From Clostridia bacterium (GTDB lineage: Bacteria; Bacillota; Clostridia; TANB77; CAG-465): a stretch of 64,000 nucleotides of DNA. The notes beneath the pieces are model-generated. The model did not search any database and was not told the origin of the DNA. It saw only the letters and a list, made by a program, of their open reading frames with translations. Within the stretch, counting starts at the first letter, position 1. Each line of letters begins with the position of its first letter. The DNA lies in assembly GCA_030524345.1 (NCBI GenBank), contig JAUNGP010000001.1, forward strand, positions 130,191-194,190. Direction: 5' to 3'. The position numbers and the translations under genes are program-made. Of this stretch, positions 20,228-27,434 are shown piece after piece.

Positions 20228-20593
20228 TTATAACCAACTATCCTCCTGAACAATGCTAATCCTCTCTTCTTCATCTATTACTTTTTCTACTGTAATATTG
20301 ATCAATTCTCTGATATCAAGCTCTGAACGACTTTCACAATTCCTTTCATAGAGTTTATCTAGTTTCTTAGTCCAATATCCAATTTCGCGTGCTGTAAATT
20401 TTAGATGCACACTTGTTGCATCATGGTTATCTGTAAGAGTTTCTATCCCTGTTACCTCAAAATAGTAATTCTTCTTATGATATTCAATTTTAAAAATATC
20501 TTTTAATTGATACATTGTATCAGAATAGAATATAATATCTATTCCACTTAATGTATATTTCACATCTCTAATTTTATTATCCAATATCCACAT
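20228..20593 (-). CDS. hypothetical protein (last gene downstream of the VirB4-like cluster)
   Basis: 121-aa ORF with GGAGGA RBS, followed by hairpin AAGGTTATGAG-TTTTT-CTCATAACCTT (about 20190-20220). Confidence 0.5.
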   Translation of the reverse strand: MWILDNKIRDVKYTLSGIDIIFYSDTMYQLKDIFKIEYHKKNYYFEVTGIETLTDNHDATSVHLKFTAREIGYWTKKLDKLYERNCESRSELDIRELINITVEKVIDEEERISIVQEDSWL

Positions 20594-20670
20594 AATTCAT
20601 ATCCTCCTATTTAAAAGTTCTTAAATAATATAAAATTTTTTTAGGATTATATCATGCGAATATTTCTATG

Positions 20671-21303
20671 TCAAATTGTTTTTAAAATAACAAGTACTAT
20701 GAGCCTTATAACTTTACTCCATAATAAATTAATTACAAATAGAGGCATTAAACACTTTATTTTAAATTGATAAATACTCATTATGAATTCCATATTTTTA
20801 TTATCAACTTTATCTTGTAAATATTCTTTTGCTATTTTGATAGAGCCTATAACAGCATCAAATTCTAAAATCATTCTTAAAATCGCTGAAATGATTACTA
20901 CCAATATATATAAATATATGTTGATATAACTAACTTTTTTCAAAAGCCATAATATGATATTAATACAAAAGATAATTAATTCAATATTTGATAAAATAAA
21001 ATTTAATTTTTGTAATATCTTTGATTGAACAGAGTGTCTAGCCTCATGTGCAATCAACACGATTCTCGAAGAATCTTTTATCACTTTTTCTCTATTTGAT
21101 AAATAAATAGTATCATTTAGATAAACATAATAGCTATTTTTGATATCAGAATCTAGTACAATCTTCGTTTTATGATTATCGAGTTTTTCTAAAATTTCAT
21201 GAGTGACTTCTTCGTTAATAGGCAATTTACGAATCTGCTCATTTATTTTTTGAGATAATACTGAATTTTTATTAAAAGAACTGAATTTTTCTTTTACTTT
21301 CAT
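20671..21303 (-). CDS. membrane protein with HExxH zinc-metallopeptidase-like motif
   Basis: LIAHEARHSVQS motif followed by three hydrophobic helices. Starts immediately after the stop of the upstream YlbF-like gene. Confidence 0.45.
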   Translation of the reverse strand: MKVKEKFSSFNKNSVLSQKINEQIRKLPINEEVTHEILEKLDNHKTKIVLDSDIKNSYYVYLNDTIYLSNREKVIKDSSRIVLIAHEARHSVQSKILQKLNFILSNIELIIFCINIILWLLKKVSYINIYLYILVVIISAILRMILEFDAVIGSIKIAKEYLQDKVDNKNMEFIMSIYQFKIKCLMPLFVINLLWSKVIRLIVLVILKTI

Positions 21304-21642
21304 TTAGAATTCTGCTATATCCTTTATTCCATTTGCAATTATTTTCTGCATATCAGCTAGTAATACATTGATTCTAATCTCAGATTCTAATAATTGCCTA
21401 CAAGCTTCATTTTTAGTAAGTTCAGCATACAAGTCTTGCATCTGCTGTAATTCATTTTCAGGAATTTCTTTTCCTTCTAGATATTTCATATGATGTTCTT
21501 GCTGTTTCGTCTTAAATTTCTTTAATTTTTCATAAGTTACATCATCTTTTTTTATTTCTTCTTTTAAGCTTAAAAATGTTTTATACTCATTTGTTTCTTT
21601 TAAGGCTTTAATTAACTCATGTATCTTATCATGAAAATTCAT
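21304..21642 (-). CDS. YlbF/YmcA-family (Com_YlbF-like) regulatory protein
   Basis: About 112-aa all-helical protein (MNFHDKIHELIKALKETNEYKTFLSLKEEI...). The ATG at 21642 is preferred over the track start at 21681. Confidence 0.5.
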   Translation of the reverse strand: MNFHDKIHELIKALKETNEYKTFLSLKEEIKKDDVTYEKLKKFKTKQQEHHMKYLEGKEIPENELQQMQDLYAELTKNEACRQLLESEIRINVLLADMQKIIANGIKDIAEF

Positions 21643-21719
21643 ATCATCACATCCTTTAAAGAATATTATATAACAAAACAATGTAAAAGCAAATAACTTT
21701 TTTTATTTTTATAAATCTT

Positions 21720-22469
21720 CTATATACTACTACATATTTGCATTTGTAATTCAGAGAGTTTATCTTTTTTATTGTTAATAAGTTGTGTCATATTTTGTAT
21801 GACATTGTTTTGATTCATGCACTCACTATCAAAATTTATATTACTTTTCTTTTTATTTAAGACATTAGCAATATGATTAATTGATTCTAAGTCAAATTTA
21901 TCATATGCTTGATACCATTCATTGCATGCATTTTTGAAATCATCAATTTTTTTCACACACTTTGTTAATCCCGCATTAATTTTATTTAAAAATTCATTAC
22001 TCATTATAAAGTCTTTTACCTTATCAAAGAAATCCTTTATATATACTGAATATACATTTTCACCAAGATACTTTTTCGATATAATTTCTATACTTGCATT
22101 AATTCCTTCTCTTAGTCCTCCAGAAACTGCTATATCTTTTATTTTAGATATGTCTTTTAATATTTCTTTAGGAAGTGATAAAACTTCTAAACCCTCTCTA
22201 ATACTACTATTTACAGCAGTTTTTAAAATCTCTTTGACATCTTTTGTTTTCAGTGAATCCTTAACATCTATTAATATATCTTTAATATGATTATTGATAG
22301 GCATTCCCCTTATAACATAATTTGCACCTTTATCAATAACATTTTCCACAATATTTGCGAATTCATTTCTATTTTTTACTAAATCTAAATCTATTTTGGA
22401 ATCTAAATCCAAATTTTTATCTACTTTATTATATGTACTAAGTTCTATTATATTTTCCAATATTATCAA
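21720..22469 (-). CDS. hypothetical helical protein of the VirB4-like operon
   Basis: 249-aa ORF overlapping the upstream ATPase gene by 4 nt (translational coupling). No TM segment and no motif recognised. Confidence 0.55.
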   Translation of the reverse strand: MIILENIIELSTYNKVDKNLDLDSKIDLDLVKNRNEFANIVENVIDKGANYVIRGMPINNHIKDILIDVKDSLKTKDVKEILKTAVNSSIREGLEVLSLPKEILKDISKIKDIAVSGGLREGINASIEIISKKYLGENVYSVYIKDFFDKVKDFIMSNEFLNKINAGLTKCVKKIDDFKNACNEWYQAYDKFDLESINHIANVLNKKKSNINFDSECMNQNNVIQNMTQLINNKKDKLSELQMQICSSI

Positions 22470-23608
22470 ATCCTTTCTAAACTTTCTTTCAGTCTTTTAT
22501 ATTTTTCCAGATACGTATTTAACTTACTTTTTATATGAAACATTTTAGATATTTCTTCAAACTCATAATCTAATGCAAATTCTGATATTGCTCCATTAAT
22601 ATAACTTTCAATATTTTTTCCATAATAAATTTTTCCAACAATTTTATATTCAGATAGCAAAGATTTCATTTGAGAAATCTCTAATGATCCCATTTTTATT
22701 TCATTTACAATAATAGATAGATTTTTATTGCCCAATTTTTCTAAATAATTTAAACTTCTTCTTACACTTAAGTAATTAGGTTTTACAATAAAAAAAATAT
22801 CTGTTACTCTCTCTAACCAAAATTTAGTGTATTCGTCAAATAAATCAGAAGATAAATCAATTATCAAATATTGATAATTCTTTAATAAAAATTTATATAA
22901 GCAATCTATCTTTTTCTTACTAAATTTTAAATTTTTACATGGCTTATTAATAACATAAGTTACACCTAATTTTTTTATTAGAAAATTACTAATGCCACTA
23001 TTATCATTTTGAATATATTGATGAAATGCCTTATTGTTACTATCTAAATTATTTAATATATCAATACTTGGATTTTCCATATTCATATCTAGTAATACTA
23101 CATTTTCACCTATATTTTTTACTAGATCTTTTGCAAGAAGAGTACTAGTCAAGGATTTTCCTACACTGCTTGTCCCACATATTCCAATGACCCTTCTTTT
23201 TTTATCATTTATATCAATATGATCAATATTTCTATATACTATACTTTGTGGATTATCAATATAATGTGTTAATATTTCAAAATCTATTGTATTTCCCTCA
23301 ATTATATTAAATACTTCATTTGCAAAAAGGAACTCCTTATATTCTTGGGTTAATTTATCTACAATATATACAATTTTAGACTTTTCACTTGCAAGTCTTA
23401 ACTGTTTTATATATAGCTTCTTATCTATATTTCCTTGTAATGTGTCTTTTGTAATCACAATAAAAGCCTCTTTTTTACTACTTAAAAATTCAATCACATT
23501 CTCCATACAATTAATGTCATGAATATATACCCTATTTTTATATCTTCTATCTAATCTTAACTTTATTTCTTTATTACCTATTGCCAATAATATTTTAATA
23601 ACTATCAC
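22466..23608 (-). CDS. TadZ/CpaE-like ParA/MinD-family ATPase with N-terminal pseudo-receiver domain
   Basis: Deviant Walker A IGICGTSSVGKSLTS at about residue 142, Walker B-like YLIIDLSSD. The N-terminal approx 120 aa are receiver-like but lack the acidic pocket (KILLAIGNKE). Confidence 0.65.
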   Translation of the reverse strand: MIVIKILLAIGNKEIKLRLDRRYKNRVYIHDINCMENVIEFLSSKKEAFIVITKDTLQGNIDKKLYIKQLRLASEKSKIVYIVDKLTQEYKEFLFANEVFNIIEGNTIDFEILTHYIDNPQSIVYRNIDHIDINDKKRRVIGICGTSSVGKSLTSTLLAKDLVKNIGENVVLLDMNMENPSIDILNNLDSNNKAFHQYIQNDNSGISNFLIKKLGVTYVINKPCKNLKFSKKKIDCLYKFLLKNYQYLIIDLSSDLFDEYTKFWLERVTDIFFIVKPNYLSVRRSLNYLEKLGNKNLSIIVNEIKMGSLEISQMKSLLSEYKIVGKIYYGKNIESYINGAISEFALDYEFEEISKMFHIKSKLNTYLEKYKRLKESLERI

Positions 23609-25346
23609 CTTCTATTAAATTTCTTTCATATTCACTAGCTTTAATATTAAGTGTCGTAATATTATTCTTAAAACTAATGACTGCCTCTCCTTTATCTAAT
23701 TTCATTAGTTCATTAATTTCAACACTATTGATAACACCAAGTTTTTTTAATATTTCACTTCCCAAATAATCAACCTTAAAAAACATTTTAAAGCAACAAT
23801 TATTTAAAATACTTTTCCCATAATTTCCATTTTCAAATGCAAAAAAATCCGTAATATCTTGAGTAATTGTAACGATACCTGCATTATTTTTCCTTATCGT
23901 TTTAAATAGCATGAATATAACACTTGAAATATTTTCATCACTAGTATTATTTACATATCTCCATACTTCATCTATATAAATTATTGTTTTATTTTTATTA
24001 GAATGATTCTTTAAATAGGATGCCATCTTCTCTAGTATGAATTTTATAACTAAATTATTAATATTTCTGGTATCAAATAAAATAAGTTTATTATGAATAT
24101 CCACATTTGTATATGTAGAAAAGCACTTTAATTTTGTTGTAAATACTTGTCTTAGTTTAATTGTTAACTCTTCTGGCATTTCATAATTTAAAATATCTGT
24201 AAGAATGGGAAAATCATTTGTATCTTTAATAACCTTATCTATATATATGCTATTTTTATCGCTAATCTTATATAATGATCGTATATCAAAGGTAATATTT
24301 TTACTTTTATATGCATTTATGATTGCACTATGTAAATAGCTTATATCTTCATCACTTTCTATATTAATTATTTTCTTCAATATTTCTAATACTTCATTGA
24401 TTTTTTGTTTTACTACATTACTTCCAAATCTATTGATGTCTAAATCAAAAATTTGCATGATATTAATATAAGTATTTTCACTCAAAGAAAATACTTCTCC
24501 ATTAATCATTTTGATAAAATGATTATATTCTCCTTCAGGATCAAATATATATTGTACTTTGGAATTCATATATTCTTTAAATATCATAAGTTTTGTAAAA
24601 AAAGATTTACCCGAGCCACTACTTCCAAATATACACATATTAGAATTAAAATATTTATTACTAAAAATATCTATATTAAACAGTTTATTATCATTTTTTG
24701 TCATCCCAAATATAATGCCATTCTCATCAAAAACATTTTTCGTATAAAATGGGAAAAAGTTAGTAACGCAAGATGTTGTCATACTTCTATAATTCGTTTT
24801 TAGTATTCTATTTTTATTATCATTTAATGGAAGATTTAAAAGATAAGCATCTAAATGCCTAAAATTACTTATAATTGAAACAATCTGTTTAGAAAAAAGT
24901 TTTGTTTGAAATGATTTTAAAATTTGTAATAGCTCTGACTTATCGATAGAATAAAATGTTATAATAAAAGAAAGATTATATATTTCTTCATTGTTAATTT
25001 GGATCTCTCGCCTTAAATTCTTAGCATCATCTTTTGATTTGTTTAAAATATCAATATCTACCTGATTTTTACTTATAGTATTAATTTCTGCTGAAGAAGA
25101 GGAAATATAATAAGTCAACTCTTTAAGAAATTTCATAATGTCTTGTTTTTGAAGGAACATGGATATATCATATGAAAAATTTTTAGGAATTGTCTCTATT
25201 AAATCTAAAAAAAATGATTTTTTAGGATATTCTTTTATAATTAAACTTGATATATATTTATTATCAACTTTAATATATTTAAAATCAATATTTTCAATAT
25301 ATGATGGTAAAATATTTAAATTATCTTGTTCATCTATATTAAACAT
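23595..25346 (-). CDS. VirB4-family (Firmicute conjugation ATPase-like) protein, C-terminal three quarters including the ATPase domain
   Basis: Walker A CIFGSSGSGKSFFTK, FDPEGEY, Walker B IIYIDEVWRY, GIVTITQDITDF. These lie in the order and spacing of Gram-positive VirB4/Orf16-type ATPases. Confidence 0.8.
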   Translation of the reverse strand: MFNIDEQDNLNILPSYIENIDFKYIKVDNKYISSLIIKEYPKKSFFLDLIETIPKNFSYDISMFLQKQDIMKFLKELTYYISSSSAEINTISKNQVDIDILNKSKDDAKNLRREIQINNEEIYNLSFIITFYSIDKSELLQILKSFQTKLFSKQIVSIISNFRHLDAYLLNLPLNDNKNRILKTNYRSMTTSCVTNFFPFYTKNVFDENGIIFGMTKNDNKLFNIDIFSNKYFNSNMCIFGSSGSGKSFFTKLMIFKEYMNSKVQYIFDPEGEYNHFIKMINGEVFSLSENTYINIMQIFDLDINRFGSNVVKQKINEVLEILKKIINIESDEDISYLHSAIINAYKSKNITFDIRSLYKISDKNSIYIDKVIKDTNDFPILTDILNYEMPEELTIKLRQVFTTKLKCFSTYTNVDIHNKLILFDTRNINNLVIKFILEKMASYLKNHSNKNKTIIYIDEVWRYVNNTSDENISSVIFMLFKTIRKNNAGIVTITQDITDFFAFENGNYGKSILNNCCFKMFFKVDYLGSEILKKLGVINSVEINELMKLDKGEAVISFKNNITTLNIKASEYERNLIEGDSY

Positions 25347-25861
25347 TCTTTATGAAAGCTTTCATATAATAGTTTTTCAATATTTTGCTTTCCAATTAAT
25401 CTATTTACCACACATCCAAGTTTATTTAATTTTTGAAAAGTTAAATCAATTTCCTCTATATTCATATTTTTTTGCTCCATACTTAATATAACATAGTATT
25501 TTGTGATATATATTTTTTCATTATTTAATTTTTCTTTTATATCAATCAAATAGTCACTTAAAAACTTCTTAAATTTCTCGTTATTCTGTGTTAAAATGCT
25601 TTCTTTTAGGTTTGTAATATAATTTTCAACATTCATTTTTCTATTTTGTATATAAATTTGTATATCCAAATTCATTTCTCTTAAAAATTCGTTATATACC
25701 ATATATATGCTATTTTGTACTTCTATAGAAAAATCAAGTAATGTAACTGGTATCACTTCATAAATATATTTCTTATAAAACTTATTATCACTTTTTGTTA
25801 AAATATATTCATCATTAATATTATTGATTTTATAAATTTCTTTGATATCTTTAAATTTCAG
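25334..25861 (-). CDS. VirB4-family N-terminal domain fragment (separate ORF, 13-nt overlap with the ATPase ORF)
   Basis: Track ORF 25334-25756 starts at GTG. The frame stays open upstream to a CTG at 25861 placed 9 nt after GGAGGG. The sequence (KFKDIKEIYKINNINDEYILTKSDNKFYKKYIYEV...) is colinear with the VirB4 N-terminus. Confidence 0.55.
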   Translation of the reverse strand: MKFKDIKEIYKINNINDEYILTKSDNKFYKKYIYEVIPVTLLDFSIEVQNSIYMVYNEFLREMNLDIQIYIQNRKMNVENYITNLKESILTQNNEKFKKFLSDYLIDIKEKLNNEKIYITKYYVILSMEQKNMNIEEIDLTFQKLNKLGCVVNRLIGKQNIEKLLYESFHKECLI

Positions 25862-25909
25862 TGTATTTTTCCCTCCAATCTTTCTTAAAGATACAAAATT
25901 CCCAAAAAT

Positions 25910-25995
25910 AGATTATCATTTTATTTTTCATAAGTCAATAGTTATGTAATATATTTTCGTCGCAAGTTTCGACAAATAGTTGTTTTTTTGTCGTA
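25910..25995 (-). promoter_or_regulatory. promoter of the VirB4-like operon with upstream Spo0A-box-like sites (shared divergent control region)
   Basis: Minus strand: TTGACT (25938-25933), 17 nt, TAATCT (25915-25910) with TG extension. Upstream are TGTCGAA (complement of 25968-25974) and CGACGAA (complement of 25956-25962). On the plus strand TGTCGTA lies at 25989-25995. Confidence 0.5.
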
Positions 25996-26015
25996 TTTTG
26001 AAATATATTTTTCTA

Positions 26016-26044
26016 TTCACAATAATGAATGTATTGCATATAAT
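26016..26044 (+). promoter_or_regulatory. sigma-A promoter of the divergent small-protein operon
   Basis: TTCACA (26016-26021), 17-nt spacer, TATAAT (26039-26044), 25 nt upstream of the ATG at 26070. Confidence 0.5.
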
Positions 26045-26069
26045 TTAAATATAAGAAGGAGATGATTAT

Positions 26070-26243
26070 ATGAATAATGATTCTAAAGAAATGAATACAA
26101 TGCTAAATTCAAAACTTATAGAATTACTATCTACAATTGATAAAAATAAAATCGAACAAGTAACAAAGATGGTTCAAAATATGTCTAGTGAAGATTTAAA
26201 CAATTTAGTTAGAATGCTTGGAAAAAATTCAAATAATAAATAA
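26070..26243 (+). CDS. small hypothetical protein (57 aa), below ORF-track cutoff
   Basis: AGGAGATGATTATATG start. Translation MNNDSKEMNTMLNSKLIELLSTIDKNKIEQVTKMVQNMSSEDLNNLVRMLGKNSNNK. First gene of the plus-strand operon. Confidence 0.5.
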   Translation: MNNDSKEMNTMLNSKLIELLSTIDKNKIEQVTKMVQNMSSEDLNNLVRMLGKNSNNK

Positions 26244-26248
26244 AAATT

Positions 26249-26701
26249 ATGAATAATGAAAATAACAATGTAGAAAATTCATCTACAGACAATTCAAAAG
26301 CATTATCTGATTTAATTCAAAGTATCCAAGCAAAAATGGAACCTGAAGAAATAAAAAGTATACAGGAAGAGCCAAAAGAAGAAAACAATAATTTAAATTC
26401 GATTCTAAGTAATTTAGATATTTCTTCTCTTTTAAGTGCGTTTGGCAATAATACAAGTGAAAATAGTAATAATAGTAATAATAACCATAGTTTTTCTGGA
26501 ATAGATCCAAATTTATTATTCAAAATTCAAAAAATCATGTCATCAATGTCAAAGGAAGATCCTAAAAAAAATTTACTGCTTTCCTTAAAGCCATTTCTTA
26601 GGAAATCTAGACAAGACAAAATTAATGAATACATATCTATGCTTACAATTGTTAATGCAATAGAAGTTTTTAGTGATAAAGGTAGTGATAAAAATGTTTA
26701 A
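26249..26701 (+). CDS. hypothetical protein with low-complexity N/S/E-rich N-terminus and conserved-looking C-terminal helix region
   Basis: 150-aa ORF. The C-terminal part (IDPNLLFKIQKIMSSMSKEDPKKNLLLSLKPFLRKSRQDKINEYISMLTIVNAIEVF) resembles a small protein family common in Clostridia, from memory only. Confidence 0.5.
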   Translation: MNNENNNVENSSTDNSKALSDLIQSIQAKMEPEEIKSIQEEPKEENNNLNSILSNLDISSLLSAFGNNTSENSNNSNNNHSFSGIDPNLLFKIQKIMSSMSKEDPKKNLLLSLKPFLRKSRQDKINEYISMLTIVNAIEVFSDKGSDKNV

Positions 26702-27119
26702 TGAAAATCCATATTATAGAAATTATCGTTATAGTAACTATTATCGATATAATAACAGTTTTATTCCTACCTACTATCCTAATAAAGATTATAAAGTAGA
26801 AAGTGAAAAACATTCAGATTCTTCTATACAAAATCCTGCTGAAGAAAATCAAGAGACATATGTAAAAAAAGAAGAAAAAAAAGAATAAGTTCCAAAAAAT
26901 GATTTTGATTCTTCTTCTAAAAAACAATTTCGATTAGGACCTTTTTCAATCAATGACAATTCTATAAATCTCTTTGGATTTAATATTGCAATAGATGATC
27001 TTATCATAATAGGTCTTATTCTCTTACTACTCTTTCAATCAGAAACAGACTATATCATAATTATTATTCTTGGTCTAATATTATTAAATATTGATTTTAG
27101 CAGTTTAAATCTTTTTTAG
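26695..27119 (+). pseudogene. small Y/N-rich protein gene with hydrophobic C-terminus, interrupted by one in-frame TAA (26886-26888)
   Basis: ATG at 26695 overlaps the upstream stop. The frame stops at TAA 26886-26888 and continues open, in the same frame and with no start codon, for 76 more codons to TAG 27117-27119 (…FRLGPFSINDNSINLFGFNIAIDDLIIIGLILLLLFQSETDYIIIIILGLILL…). Confidence 0.45.
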
Positions 27120-27258
27120 TATCCTTTAAACTGCTATAATATTTGACTAGCAATTTATCTATTTCAACACTTGTTTTATATATTACCTCATAAGGTTCAT
27201 TATCCTGAATTTGTTTTTCTAACTTTAATTTTAATTTATCTATATCATCTAACAACAT
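27097..27258 (-). CDS. Spo0E-family aspartyl-phosphate phosphatase-like small protein (53 aa), below ORF-track cutoff
   Basis: AAGGAAGTTGATTATATG start. Translation MLLDDIDKLKLKLEKQIQDNEPYEVIYKTSVEIDKLLVKYYSSLKDTKKDLNC. The helix-hairpin and the S-x-E-I/L-D-K-L-I/L-x-x-Y pattern resemble Spo0E/YisI/YnzD. Confidence 0.55.
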   Translation of the reverse strand: MLLDDIDKLKLKLEKQIQDNEPYEVIYKTSVEIDKLLVKYYSSLKDTKKDLNC

Positions 27259-27283
27259 ATAATCAACTTCCTTTTATACTAAA

Positions 27284-27353
27284 CTTATACCATCTTTGTA
27301 TAAGGTTGTCAATATTTGTAATATATAATTCGATCGCAAATTTCGACAAAATG
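27284..27353 (-). promoter_or_regulatory. promoter of the spo0E-like gene with Spo0A-box-like sites, paralogous to the VirB4-operon promoter
   Basis: Minus strand TTGACA (27312-27307), 17 nt, TATAAG (27289-27284). Upstream is TGTCGAA (complement of 27342-27348) and a second GCGATCGAA element. Confidence 0.5.
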
Positions 27354-27434
27354 CCCTCAACACTAGTATATGACTATTATACACTAACATAAAAAATTAT
27401 ATACATTCGTATTCATTATATGCTGTTTTTCTAT

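Noticed and set aside
26283-26523. Two minus-strand ORFs (75 and 68 aa) inside the 150-aa plus-strand gene
   Set aside because: They are antisense to an ORF that fits an operon with coupled starts. Their translations are Y/L/F repeats generated by the complement of AAT/AGT-rich coding sequence.
27171-27392. 73-aa plus-strand ORF
   Set aside because: It overlaps the Spo0E-like gene and its promoter on the opposite strand. TTG start, no RBS.
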